Of a DNA stretch of 64,000 nucleotides, positions 18,968-29,112 are shown one piece after another. The position numbers and the translations under genes were made by a program. The DNA is taken from positions 2,627,260 to 2,691,259 of the forward strand of contig OZ241332.1 in NCBI GenBank assembly GCA_965200125.1. The letters are read 5' to 3'. The notes beneath the pieces are model-generated. The model was not told the origin of the DNA. It saw only the letters and a program-made list of their open reading frames with translations, and did no database searches. The stretch is from an uncultured Candidatus Binatia bacterium. Lineage in GTDB: Bacteria; Desulfobacterota; Binatia; Bin18. Position 1 is the first letter of the stretch. Each line of letters begins with the position of its first letter.

Positions 18968-19079
18968 GGGCGACGCATGCGTCACCCCTACCAACGGAGC
19001 GATTCTCCCGCTCCCTTCTCCGTCAATCTCAGAGGTTGGCTTCAACAGGTCGTAGGGGCGAAAAATCTTTCGTTCCTAC
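18964..19079. repeat. Pair of GTAG-tagged REPs between convergent genes
   Basis: GTAGGGGCGACGCATGCGTCACCCCTAC (18964-18991) and GTAGGGGCGAAAAATCTTTCGTTCCTAC (19052-19079). Confidence 0.8.
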
Positions 19080-19774
19080 TCCTCCACATCAGGCAGACTG
19101 TCGGTGGCAAACCGGCTGACCGGCCTCGCGATGTGAGACACCCGGTCCAGAAGCAGCGAGAACGTCGGCAACGCTTCGAGCGACGGCAGGCTGATGTCCA
19201 CCCTGACAGTGTCCCCCCCGGTCACGGGCGACCACACAACGTCCGCCGACGAGCCGAAGTCTTCGCGGGTAAAAGGCCGAAACTCCTGTTCGGGATCGGA
19301 TGGGCTGGAAAAATGTATCGTAGCGCCCGCGGCCAGTTTCGTGCGCAGGCCGACCCGTATCGCCGTGGCCTCGGGCGATGTCACCGTCAGCGCGGCAGCC
19401 ACCGGCCCATTCTCCACGCCGGTTTCATTGCTCGAAAACCACTTCAGCCGCGCCGCCAAGTCGCCTCGATACTCGGTCGGGATGGTGCGCCCGAACCCGA
19501 TTTGCAGCGGGCCGCCCCGACCCGGCTCGGTCGGTTCCAGAGCCATTCGCTCGGCTTCGCTGACCCGCGGAAGCACAATGCTCAACGAAACCTGGGGGAG
19601 GGCGCTCGACGTGGATGGGGGGGCAAGCAGCCCGAGGCGACCGGTCTCGCCGTCTATACTGGTCTGTTGCAGATCGCTCACTGGCCGTTCATAGAATCCT
19701 ACCGGAGTCTGCTCCCGGGCGAGCGTCGGCCTAGACATAAGAAACACGAAAAGACAGATACTGAGAATATTCAC
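19076..19774 (-). CDS. Signal peptide plus protease propeptide only (truncated paralogue of the upstream protease)
   Basis: Shares GPLQIGFGR, RGDLA.RL.W, WSPV..GDTV.V.ISLPS and DRVSH with the N-terminus of 19777-22761; no catalytic domain. Confidence 0.7.
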   Translation of the reverse strand: MNILSICLFVFLMSRPTLAREQTPVGFYERPVSDLQQTSIDGETGRLGLLAPPSTSSALPQVSLSIVLPRVSEAERMALEPTEPGRGGPLQIGFGRTIPTEYRGDLAARLKWFSSNETGVENGPVAAALTVTSPEATAIRVGLRTKLAAGATIHFSSPSDPEQEFRPFTREDFGSSADVVWSPVTGGDTVRVDISLPSLEALPTFSLLLDRVSHIARPVSRFATDSLPDVEE

Positions 19775-19776
19775 GA

Positions 19777-22761
19777 TTATTTATGCTTTTCAAGCTGACG
19801 GGAGAGTGCTTGCACAATGTCAGCAATAGAATTGTTAGCTCCCTCTTCGAGACTAAAAGCGCGTGATGTCGATCTCCCTTTCAGTGACCGCTTTGCTTCT
19901 GATAGCTGAAGTTCAGCCCTTTCCTGGTCAGCGACTCCCGTCTGTGATCGCAATACGTCCGACTCGGATAGTGTCGAAAGACTGATTCTTCTGCCAGTCA
20001 TTGGATTGGGATCGAAAATACTACTTCCACTGCAATCTCCATTGTGAATAACATAGTGAAGCCCACGGACAGCGTCACTGCCTATTTTATTAAAAAGGTA
20101 AAAGGAGCAAAGAAATATCCCATCGTCCAACAGTGCATAGTCGTAAGGGAGATTTGTGCCCGGACGTATATCCTGAATCCGACCAGCAATAATGAGAGCG
20201 CCATATTCATCGGTCCCGGAAATAAGCGGAATCCCGGTGGTCGTGACCACCTGACTTAGCCGGTACGTGCGTGTGAATGTCGATATTATACGGTACGTGA
20301 ACCACCACGTTCCAAACAGGCTGCGCAGATTGGTGCTGCTCGGGGGTGCCGCAGCAAAACGCACGCGGAGGGTGTACGGTCCGATGTCCTCCTCATCGAA
20401 GCCTTCGACCTCGACGTAATACGTGCCAGTCGTGACGTGTTCCACGATCTGGAAATTTCTCCCTACACCGCCGTCATCGTTTTCCGCTAACGTCGTGCCT
20501 GCCGCATTCTGCAGATAGCCATACGTATCCGTCGTTCCGGTTGTCTCGACCGTCAGCGTCCCGGCTTGCGTGATCGTCATCCGAAAGTAGTCGGTGTCGT
20601 CGGCGTGCTCAATGGAACCCGCGGTGGTTGAGTTGAGCCCGACCCTGGTTGCCCGTCCCAAGGTATCGCCGTGATCGTCGGTCGCCGGACGGACGGTGAA
20701 AAAGGTCCGGAGGGTGTACGAGCCGGTCTCGTCCGCGTCGTAGCCCCTCACTGCTACGTAATACGTCCCGGCCGCGACTTGTTGCACGATCCGAAAGTTG
20801 CCGCCAGCACCGGCATCGTCGTTCTCCGCTAACGTCGTGCCGGTTGCCCTCAACAGGGAACCTTTCGTAGCTGTCGTCCCCCTCGTTTCGATCGTCAGCG
20901 TCCCGGCTTGGGTGACGGTCACCCGAAAGTAGTCGACGTCTCCGCCCCGCTCCAGGACGCCCGCGGTGGTTGAATCGAGACCGACTCCAGTCGCCTCCTC
21001 CGCGGTGTTGCCGTGGTCGTCGACCGGGCGATCCGGGGCCCCGACGACCCCCACGTAGTAGGTCCCTGCCGGAACCTGCCGCACGATCCGAAAATTGTCG
21101 TCCGCTCCGGTGTTGTCGTCCTCCGCCAGAGGCTGGCCCTGCGCATCTTGGAGATACCCGACGGTGTCCGTGGGACCGGTCGTTTCGACCGTCAAGCGGC
21201 CGGCTTCGGGGACCTCGATACGAAAGTAATCCACGTCCCCGGACCGATCCAGATCTCCGGCCTCCTCCGTATCCGGTTGGAGGGAAGTGGCTTCCGCGCG
21301 CGTGTCACCGTGATCGGAGGGACCCGAGGCCGGGGCCAGCCAGCGGCTCACCCGTGGATAGAAGAGGTCGAAGCGGCCATAGGAGGTGCTTCTGCTGAGA
21401 CCACATGCCGTTTGACCTACCGGTATTCCTGACAGGACGCCGCGCAGCCGGCCCCTCGTGTCGAACAAGCCGGACCCGCTACTACCTCCTTCGACCGTCC
21501 CCTCAGTCCATTCGACCCTGATGGCTGAAACGCGCTGGTCCTCATCTCGGAGAATGATCGTGGTATTGCGAACCGCCCTTCCCCGATTCCATTTCTTCAG
21601 GTCGCCGTCTGGATGATGAATCCCGATCACCTCGGTTGGATAGGGAAGCGGCTGGGGAGCCCATCCTGCATACCACGTGTCGGTGAGCGGCGTCTCGCGA
21701 AGTCTCAGCAAGGTGGAGTCCGTTCCGCGATCGGTCGCCAATAGATCGGCGCCTCCGGTCAGTTGGTTGACCCGAGACGGCGCAACACCTCCGCAAGAAG
21801 CGCGCTCGAACTCCCAATAGGTATCGAGCGTACGGGCCACCGTTTGCGTATTGATGCAATGGTTGGCGGTGAGGAAATACGGGATGGAAGACGAACCGTC
21901 CGTATCGTTCAGCAAAACCCCGGTGCACAGGAAGGATCCCCCGGTGGACTTGGTATAAATCATTTTTGCGGTTGCCGCGGCGAGATTCCGCGGAGTCGTC
22001 GTCCGACACGCCACGTCGATGTGGCAGGAGGCGGCATCTCCGATATCGGACCGTCGCTGAGGCGTGGCCTGCCGAACCGACGCCGAGAGATGCGAGACGC
22101 GGTCGATAAAAAGCGACACGTCGGATACCGCCGCGGGGGACGGCAGACTGATTTCCACCCCTACGGTGTCGCCCTCGACGACGGGCGACCAGAGGGGGGC
22201 CGATTCTTCCGCGGGCGCGCCTGCCGGTGTTTCGGCTGCGAGGCCGGGGGAGACATCCGCCGGTTGGACGGGAGGAAATCGCTGTTCCGGGTCAGCGGAG
22301 CTGAAGAATCGGACCTCCGCGCCGGTCGGCAAGGTTCCACGCAGAGCGACCCGCACTGCGCGGGCACCGGGCGACGATACGCTCAGCGCGCCGACTTGTG
22401 AGCCGTCACTCTGGGTCTCCCATGCCAGCCGCGGCGCCAGATCGCCTCGGTCGGTGTCCGGCATGTCGCGGCCGAAGCCGATTTGCAGCGGGCCGGGCCG
22501 TTCCGGCTCCCCCGTCTCGGTAGAGGCAGCCTGCTGCGCACGGGTGATGGGCGGCAGGGTGATCGTGAGGGCGACTGGCGTATGCGCATAATTCCGCTTG
22601 AGCCGATGGGAGTCCGGGGCACGAGCGGCGTGCGCCACTATGGGGCCGGGTGCGCCGTCAACGGCAGCGGCTTGAACGTCCTGTTGCGCCCAACCGGCGG
22701 GAACGAGGCTCAACCACCATGTGATGGTCAAAGTCAGGAATGGCAGAGTCCGGCGGGGCAT
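19777..22761 (-). CDS. Secreted S1 serine protease (lysyl-endopeptidase-like) with three PPC-like repeats and a distinct C-terminal domain
   Basis: Signal peptide; SCHIDVAC mature-start motif; triad LTANHC / TDSTL / GSSGS; three DHG...DYFR...GTYYV repeats. Confidence 0.88.
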   Translation of the reverse strand: MPRRTLPFLTLTITWWLSLVPAGWAQQDVQAAAVDGAPGPIVAHAARAPDSHRLKRNYAHTPVALTITLPPITRAQQAASTETGEPERPGPLQIGFGRDMPDTDRGDLAPRLAWETQSDGSQVGALSVSSPGARAVRVALRGTLPTGAEVRFFSSADPEQRFPPVQPADVSPGLAAETPAGAPAEESAPLWSPVVEGDTVGVEISLPSPAAVSDVSLFIDRVSHLSASVRQATPQRRSDIGDAASCHIDVACRTTTPRNLAAATAKMIYTKSTGGSFLCTGVLLNDTDGSSSIPYFLTANHCINTQTVARTLDTYWEFERASCGGVAPSRVNQLTGGADLLATDRGTDSTLLRLRETPLTDTWYAGWAPQPLPYPTEVIGIHHPDGDLKKWNRGRAVRNTTIILRDEDQRVSAIRVEWTEGTVEGGSSGSGLFDTRGRLRGVLSGIPVGQTACGLSRSTSYGRFDLFYPRVSRWLAPASGPSDHGDTRAEATSLQPDTEEAGDLDRSGDVDYFRIEVPEAGRLTVETTGPTDTVGYLQDAQGQPLAEDDNTGADDNFRIVRQVPAGTYYVGVVGAPDRPVDDHGNTAEEATGVGLDSTTAGVLERGGDVDYFRVTVTQAGTLTIETRGTTATKGSLLRATGTTLAENDDAGAGGNFRIVQQVAAGTYYVAVRGYDADETGSYTLRTFFTVRPATDDHGDTLGRATRVGLNSTTAGSIEHADDTDYFRMTITQAGTLTVETTGTTDTYGYLQNAAGTTLAENDDGGVGRNFQIVEHVTTGTYYVEVEGFDEEDIGPYTLRVRFAAAPPSSTNLRSLFGTWWFTYRIISTFTRTYRLSQVVTTTGIPLISGTDEYGALIIAGRIQDIRPGTNLPYDYALLDDGIFLCSFYLFNKIGSDAVRGLHYVIHNGDCSGSSIFDPNPMTGRRISLSTLSESDVLRSQTGVADQERAELQLSEAKRSLKGRSTSRAFSLEEGANNSIADIVQALSRQLEKHK

Positions 22762-22899
22762 GAAGCTCCCAATCCTCAAACAGCGCCGGGGTGTTGTCAA
22801 GGCTGGCGCCGCCTGCATGGACGTTGCGATTCCCGCCCAACGCTTTTACGGTCGAGCGCAGAACTGTGGGGACGGTTGCCTGTCCTGAAGGAGGCGCGG

Positions 22900-23712
22900 A
22901 TGTGGCCGGACGACCAACGGTGCGCCGTGGGGCTGAGTTTCGACTTCGATGCGGAAACCCTATGGTTCCGCACCATGCGGCAGCCGTTTCCCGGGCAGAT
23001 GTCGCGCGGCGAGTACGGCGCCCGGGCCGGGGTGCCGCGCATTCTCGCCCTGCTCAGAAAGTACGACGTCAAGGCGACGTTCTTCGTGCCCGGCTGGTCG
23101 GCCGACAAATATCCCCAACTCGTCGAGCAGATGGTCGCCGACAGCCACGAAATCGGCCACCACGGCTACGAACACGAGTTCGTCGGCAACAAGGGCCGCG
23201 AGGCCGAACTCGAAGTGTTGTTGAAAGGGACGGAGAGCCTCGCCCGCATCACGGGCCATGCCCCGGTCGGCTATCGTTCGCCCGCCGGCAATACCGGCCC
23301 GCATACCCTCGACCTGCTGCTGGACCACGGCTTCCGGTACGACAGCAGCCTGGTCGGCCACGACAACCCGTACTGGCTGAGCACGCCGCAGAGCGGGCGC
23401 CGGTTGTTGGAGGTGCCGTACAGTTGGGAGATGGACGACGCCGCGCACTTCTTCTTCAGCTTTTCGCCGTACTACGCCGGCATGTCGAGCCAGCACAAAG
23501 TGTACGAAATCTGGGAGGCGGAGTTCGACGGCGCATATGCGGACCGCGGCTTTCTGGGGATCGTGATGCACCCGCAGATCATCGGCCGCCGCTCGCGCAT
23601 GGCGATGCTGGAGCGGCTCATCCGGAACATGCGGCGGCACGCCGGCGTCTGGTTTGCGACCCACGCCGAGGTCGCCGAGGCGTGGCGCCGCACGTCCGAC
23701 CCGTCTGCATAA
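22900..23712 (+). CDS. Polysaccharide deacetylase (CE4/PuuE-like) family protein
   Basis: SFDFDAE, ATFFVPG, HEIGHHGYEH, YDSS, MHPQIIGR; GGAGG RBS. Confidence 0.9.
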   Translation: MWPDDQRCAVGLSFDFDAETLWFRTMRQPFPGQMSRGEYGARAGVPRILALLRKYDVKATFFVPGWSADKYPQLVEQMVADSHEIGHHGYEHEFVGNKGREAELEVLLKGTESLARITGHAPVGYRSPAGNTGPHTLDLLLDHGFRYDSSLVGHDNPYWLSTPQSGRRLLEVPYSWEMDDAAHFFFSFSPYYAGMSSQHKVYEIWEAEFDGAYADRGFLGIVMHPQIIGRRSRMAMLERLIRNMRRHAGVWFATHAEVAEAWRRTSDPSA

Positions 23713-23949
23713 TCAATCCCTCTGACCCACCGGAGAGAGCCGGAAAAGAATAAAGAAATATTCCCTCCCCCCTTGAGGGGGAGGGCTAGGGAGGGGGGTC
23801 GGGCGAGCCACGGCATAGAGTTCCAACGAGTACCAGACGTGCCGGATTTGTTTGACCCTAAACCGCCACGGGTGGTAGGTTCCGCCGGTATAGAGCCCAC
23901 AGCGTCGAGCAATCATGCTCAGCGTTGCAGCGACAAAGGAGCACGCGCC

Positions 23950-24621
23950 ATGAACGGGGTACACGACATGGGCGGCATGACCTGCTTCGGACCCGTCACG
24001 CCGGAAGAGAACGAGCCCGTCTTCCATGCCGCGTGGGAACGCCGGGTGTTCGCCATGACCATGCTCGGCATGGGCAGGCTGGATACGCTGGACGCGTTCC
24101 GCCACGCCATCGAACGCATGGACCCGGCCCACTATCTCTCCTCCACCTATTACGAACACTGGCTGGCGGCGCTCGAAACCCTGGCGCTGGAAAAAGGCGT
24201 GCTCACGTCGGAAGAACTGTCGTCCGGGAAGCCGACCGGCGGCGCACCGGCGGACCAAGCCGCACCACTACCGCCCGAAGCAGTGCCGACCGTCGTGCAA
24301 GGCGGCGCGCCGTGCGACCGTCAAGAAGGCCGCACCGAGGCGCGATTCGCGGTCGGCCGGCAGGTGCGCGCCCGCAACCTCAACCCCATCGGCCATACCC
24401 GGCTGCCCCGCTACGTGCGCGGCAAATGCGGCACGATTGCCGCCCTGCACGGTACGTTCGTCTATCCCGACACCAATGCCCACGGTCGCGGGGAGCAGCC
24501 TCAACCGCTGTACCAGGTGCGCTTTACGGCCCGGGACCTGTGGGGCGCAGAGGCCGCGGCGCGCGACAGCCTGTGCATCGACCTGTGGGAAGATTATCTG
24601 GAGCCGGTGGAAGCCGCGTAA
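23950..24621 (+). CDS. nthB: Nitrile hydratase beta subunit
   Basis: [40 protein letters not shown]. Confidence 0.96.
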   Translation: MNGVHDMGGMTCFGPVTPEENEPVFHAAWERRVFAMTMLGMGRLDTLDAFRHAIERMDPAHYLSSTYYEHWLAALETLALEKGVLTSEELSSGKPTGGAPADQAAPLPPEAVPTVVQGGAPCDRQEGRTEARFAVGRQVRARNLNPIGHTRLPRYVRGKCGTIAALHGTFVYPDTNAHGRGEQPQPLYQVRFTARDLWGAEAAARDSLCIDLWEDYLEPVEAA

Positions 24622-24638
24622 CCGGAGGGAGCCGAACC

Positions 24639-25301
24639 ATGAGCAGCGAACACACCCACGCCGGCCACGCACACGATGCGCCGCCCAACCCCTATTTGGA
24701 GAAACACGCGACGCCGGCACAGATCGAAGCGCTGGAACAGCGGGTCGAGGCGCTCGAATCGTTGCTGGTCGCCAAGGGACTGGTCTCGTCCGACACGCTC
24801 GACGCGCTGGTCGAAACCTACGAGCACGACCTCGGGCCGGTGAACGGGGCCAAGGTCGTGGCGCGCGCCTGGACCGACCCCGCCTACAAACGCCGCCTGC
24901 TCGACGACGCGACCGCGGCGATTGCCGAACTGGGCTTCGGCGGGTTGCAAGGCGAACACATGGTCGTGGTCGAGAACACGCCCGACACCCACAACCTGGT
25001 CGTGTGCACGTTGTGCTCCTGCTATCCGTGGCCGGTGCTGGGCCTGCCGCCGACATGGTTCAAGGACGCCGCCTACCGTTCCCGTGCGGTCGTGGATCCG
25101 CGTGGCGTGCTGTGCGACTTCGGGGTGGAAGTAGGTACCGAGGTCGCCGTCGAGGTTTGGGACAGCAGCGCGGAGATTCGCTACATGGTGCTGCCCGAAC
25201 GTCCGGCTGGGACCGAGGGCATGAGCGAAGATGAACTCGCCGCCATCGTCACCCGCGACGCGATGATCGGCGTTGCCAAGGTGCCTCCTCCCTCGGCATG
25301 A
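24639..25301 (+). CDS. nthA: Cobalt-type nitrile hydratase alpha subunit
   Basis: [11 protein letters not shown]; [10 protein letters not shown] (Thr and Tyr flanks indicate the Co type). Confidence 0.96.
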   Translation: MSSEHTHAGHAHDAPPNPYLEKHATPAQIEALEQRVEALESLLVAKGLVSSDTLDALVETYEHDLGPVNGAKVVARAWTDPAYKRRLLDDATAAIAELGFGGLQGEHMVVVENTPDTHNLVVCTLCSCYPWPVLGLPPTWFKDAAYRSRAVVDPRGVLCDFGVEVGTEVAVEVWDSSAEIRYMVLPERPAGTEGMSEDELAAIVTRDAMIGVAKVPPPSA

Positions 25302-25657
25302 CCCGCACGCCCGACCGCAGTATCTCCAACATGGAGGGCGCCTCGGCGCTGCCGCGCAGGAGCGGCGAACTGGTCTTCCACGACGCGTGGGAGCGCCGCG
25401 CGTTCGCGCTCGCCGTCGCCCTGTGCGAACAGGGGCATTACCGGTGGGACGAATTCCGCGACCACCTCATCGCGGAGATCGGCGCCGCGGACGCCGCCCG
25501 GTCGGTGGATCCGGACGCTGCCTTTCCGGGCTATTACGAACACTGGCTGGCCTCGCTCGAAAAGGTACTGATCGAAAAGGGCGTCTGTCGTCGGAACCAA
25601 CTCCCGATTTCCAACACGGAAATGCCCGCCCGAAAGACGCCACCGCGGCCAATCTAG
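25298..25657 (+). CDS. Nitrile hydratase accessory/activator protein (P14K-like)
   Basis: LPR..GELVF...[23 protein letters not shown]; overlaps the nthA stop. Confidence 0.88.
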   Translation: MTRTPDRSISNMEGASALPRRSGELVFHDAWERRAFALAVALCEQGHYRWDEFRDHLIAEIGAADAARSVDPDAAFPGYYEHWLASLEKVLIEKGVCRRNQLPISNTEMPARKTPPRPI

Positions 25658-25691
25658 CAGCCGCCTGCAAACGACCGGTGCGACGAGACGC

Positions 25692-26111
25692 CTAGGCGTC
25701 CAGCGCATCGAGGCCCGCCTGGGCGCACGCCACGTCCTCGTCCACCGTCCCGCCGCCGACGCCGATTCCACCGACGGTCTCGCCGCCGGACGAGATCGGC
25801 AGCCCGCCGCCGACCATCGTAGCGCGCCCGAAATGGGACAAGCCGACGACCAGGGACTGGTCGCCCTTGATCGCGTTGTACAGGTCCTTGGTGCCGACGC
25901 CGAACAGCGCGGTGAACGCTTTGCGTTGACAGCCTTCCACCCCCAACAGCGGAGCGCCGTCCATCCGGCCGAACGCTTTCAGATTGCCCCCGTCATCCAC
26001 CACGGCGACGTTCTGTTTGCAGCCCAATTCCTCCGCCTTGGCGATTGCCGCGGCGACCATCCTGGCCGCGGACTCGTACGAGATCGTATGCTTGGCGTAC
26101 GTGTTTGCCAT
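25692..26111 (-). CDS. GlcG/HbpS-family heme-binding protein
   Basis: AVVDDGG, RMDGA, KAFTA, GGLP, GGIGVGGG...D. Confidence 0.9.
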   Translation of the reverse strand: MANTYAKHTISYESAARMVAAAIAKAEELGCKQNVAVVDDGGNLKAFGRMDGAPLLGVEGCQRKAFTALFGVGTKDLYNAIKGDQSLVVGLSHFGRATMVGGGLPISSGGETVGGIGVGGGTVDEDVACAQAGLDALDA

Positions 26112-26300
26112 GCGTGGCCCTCCTTTTTACCAACCCGTAGGGCAGGTCGTGCGGTCAAGTCAAGCTGCGCCGGACCCGGGAGGAGCGTCTCATCTTCATT
26201 CCCGCGTTTGCCTTGCCCTCGAACAGTTGGGCAAGCTAGGGTCTGACCGTACATCCGACAGAAACAGCGCGTCACCGCATCGACGAAAGGAACCCCCGCC

Positions 26301-27236
26301 ATGCCGCTCCATCCGCAGGTCGCCCATGCTTTGGAGGCCATGACCGCGGCCGGCCCACCCATGCACACGCTCTCTCCCACGGAGGCACGCGCGGCGATGG
26401 AAGCCATGCGTGGGAACACGGGCGTGCCCGAGCCGGTCGGCCACGTCGAAGACCGGCTGATTCCAGGGCTGGCCGGCAAGCAGCCGGTTCGCATCTATAC
26501 GCCGAAAGGGGACGGCCCGTTCCCGCTGCTGGTGTATTTCCACGGCGGCGGGTGGGTGGTCGGCAGTCTGAATACCGTTGACGTGTCGTGCCGCGCACTG
26601 ACCAACCTGGCCGAGTGCATCGTCGTGTCAGCGGACTATCGGCTCGCCCCGGAGCACAAATTCCCCGCGGCGCTGGACGATTGTTATGCTGCCACGCGCT
26701 GGTCCGCGCTGCACGCCGCGTCGCTGAACGGCTCCGCAAACCGAATCGCCGTGGGCGGCGAGAGCGCGGGCGGTAATCTGGCCGCCGCGGTCGCTCTGAA
26801 GGCCGCGCAAAACGGGTTGCCCTCGCTGGCGTATCAACTGCTGCTCTACCCGGTCGTCGACTTCCGCTTCGACACCCCGTCGTACCGGGAAAACGCCGAG
26901 GGCTATTTTCTCACCAGAGACATGATGGAGTGGTTCTGGGCGCAATATATGGCGCGGCCCGAGGACGGCGACGACCCGCTGGCGTCTCCGCTGCGGGCCG
27001 CCGATGCACGACTTCGGGGCTTGCCGCCCGCGTTCGTGGCGACTGCGGAGTACGACCCGCTCCGCGACGAGGCCGCGGCGTATGCCGCCCGGCTGCACGA
27101 CGCCGGCGTCGCGGTGGAGCACCGGTGTTTCATGGGCTTGATCCACGGCTTCATGGGCATGGTCAAGACCGTCGAACCCGCCCGTTCGGCGTTGCAGACC
27201 GCGGCCGCGGCGCTGAAAACCGCGCTGCACGCCTAG
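26301..27236 (+). CDS. HSL-family esterase/lipase
   Basis: HGGGW, YRLAPEH, GESAGGNL, DPLRDE, HGF. Confidence 0.94.
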   Translation: MPLHPQVAHALEAMTAAGPPMHTLSPTEARAAMEAMRGNTGVPEPVGHVEDRLIPGLAGKQPVRIYTPKGDGPFPLLVYFHGGGWVVGSLNTVDVSCRALTNLAECIVVSADYRLAPEHKFPAALDDCYAATRWSALHAASLNGSANRIAVGGESAGGNLAAAVALKAAQNGLPSLAYQLLLYPVVDFRFDTPSYRENAEGYFLTRDMMEWFWAQYMARPEDGDDPLASPLRAADARLRGLPPAFVATAEYDPLRDEAAAYAARLHDAGVAVEHRCFMGLIHGFMGMVKTVEPARSALQTAAAALKTALHA

Positions 27237-27386
27237 CGTCCCGCGCGGCGTCGACGTCGGCGGGAAGGGAACACGTCCAGTCATCTGACGAACGCTCCCG
27301 GAAACGTTCGGAGAAAGCATCGAAGAAGAAGGGAATGCCGACCGAGAGGATCTTCGAGCATGGAACTTCCTCTCTTTTTCAAGCCG

Positions 27387-29000
27387 TTACCGCCCATCCC
27401 GCCCGCGAACCAGCCGCGAAACAGGTCCGCTCCGCGTAACGAACCGGACGAAGGTTCGGACTTCTTTCACTCCGCCCAGCCAACCCAACGCCAGGTACGC
27501 TCCCGTGGCGGCGAGCGTGATCCCCGCCAGCATCGCCAATCGTTCGGGCGTCATCAGCGAGCCGGGCACCGCGGCAAGCCAACGACCCGGCCAGTAGAGA
27601 CCACAACCTATGACCGCCGCCAGCAGGGCGTGCGCGCCGAAGGTGCGGCCCAGTCCGGCTTCGTCCAGCGGCCCGTGCCGTCGCCGGAAGATCGCGTACA
27701 GCGCGAGCGTATTCACGTACGACACGAGCGACGTGGCCAGCGCAATGCCCCAGTGGCTCCACCATTGCATCAGCAGCCAGCACGCCGCGGCGTTCAGCCC
27801 CATGCACCCTATTCCGACGAGGGCGGGAGTCCGCGTATCCTTCGTGGCGTTGAACAACCGCACCATGACCTGACTCGTACCGTAGGCCAGCAGGCCGACG
27901 GCATACGCTGCCAGCGCCGCACCGGTCATAGCCACGTCCTCGGATGAGAATTGCCCGCGCTCGTACAACACCCGCGTGATGGGGACAGCCAGTGCGCCCA
28001 ACACCGCGGTCGCGGGCAAGGCCACCGCGGCGAGCAGCGACAAGCCGGCCTCGGCCTGCCGTTTGAACGTCTCGACCCGCCCCGCGCCATGGGCGGCTGA
28101 CAGTTCGGTCAGCAACACCGTGTACACCGGCACCGCGGTCAGACTGACCGGCAGCAGGAAGACCCGGAAGGCATACGCCAGCGCGGAGATGCTGCCCTCG
28201 TCGAGCGTCGATGCCAGCGCCCGCGCCACGAAGGCGTTGATCGGCACGACCGCGGTGGCGACCAGGGCGCCGACCGCCAAACCGCCCATTTCGCGCAGCG
28301 CCGGGTGCGTGACCGCGCCCCAGACCGCGGACGGTCGGAACCGGATGCCGAACCGGGCCAAAGCGGGCAACTGTGCCAGCACCTGCACCACGCTGCCGGC
28401 CACGACGCCGATCGCCAGACTCGTAATCCCGTATGTCGGCGCCAAGCCGAGCGCGCAGGCGATCATGACCAGATTGAACAGCACGCCGGCGTACTCCGGC
28501 ATGGCGTAATGGTCGAGGCTGTTCAGCGTCCCCTTCATGACCGCCAACAGGCAGTGGAGCGCCAGCATGGGCAGCATGAAGCGGAACAGGAAGGTCGCCA
28601 ACTCGTGGTCCGGCCCGGTCAAACCGGGCGCCGCCACGGTCATCAGCCCGGACGCTGCGAGATAACACCCGCCGGCCAACAGCCCGGCGATCAGCAGGGC
28701 GCCGACCATCGCCACGCTGAAGATCGTGCTCAACTCCGCCTTGTGCTCGCGGTAGCGCGTCAGCACCGGCACGAAGAAATGGCTCAGCACCCCGCTGAAG
28801 AACAGGGTCTGGATCATCTCCGGCAGGTTGTAGGCGACCAGAAACGCGTCGGTCAGGCGCGAGGCGCCGAACAGCGCGGCCTGCACCGCCTCACGGACGA
28901 AGCCGAGCGGCCGGCTGAGCAGCGTGGCCAGCACGATCGGGGAGCCCTTCCGGGCAATGCGCGCTTGGGAGGCGCCCTCGGACGGGCCGGTCACGGGCAC
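27387..29000 (-). CDS. murJ: Lipid II flippase MurJ/MviN
   Basis: SRPLGFVRE, DAF.VAY.LP, ERGQF, KDTRTP; multi-TM. Confidence 0.9.
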   Translation of the reverse strand: MPVTGPSEGASQARIARKGSPIVLATLLSRPLGFVREAVQAALFGASRLTDAFLVAYNLPEMIQTLFFSGVLSHFFVPVLTRYREHKAELSTIFSVAMVGALLIAGLLAGGCYLAASGLMTVAAPGLTGPDHELATFLFRFMLPMLALHCLLAVMKGTLNSLDHYAMPEYAGVLFNLVMIACALGLAPTYGITSLAIGVVAGSVVQVLAQLPALARFGIRFRPSAVWGAVTHPALREMGGLAVGALVATAVVPINAFVARALASTLDEGSISALAYAFRVFLLPVSLTAVPVYTVLLTELSAAHGAGRVETFKRQAEAGLSLLAAVALPATAVLGALAVPITRVLYERGQFSSEDVAMTGAALAAYAVGLLAYGTSQVMVRLFNATKDTRTPALVGIGCMGLNAAACWLLMQWWSHWGIALATSLVSYVNTLALYAIFRRRHGPLDEAGLGRTFGAHALLAAVIGCGLYWPGRWLAAVPGSLMTPERLAMLAGITLAATGAYLALGWLGGVKEVRTFVRFVTRSGPVSRLVRGRDGR

Positions 29001-29112
29001 CCGCGCAGCCTACCAGTCCCCGCAGACGTTGCCCATTGCGGCGGTGGAGGGCTTCGTTCATCGTCGTCCTTGGCACGAGGCGTCCGCGGGCCGGCCATAC
29101 GGCACTGGTTCG

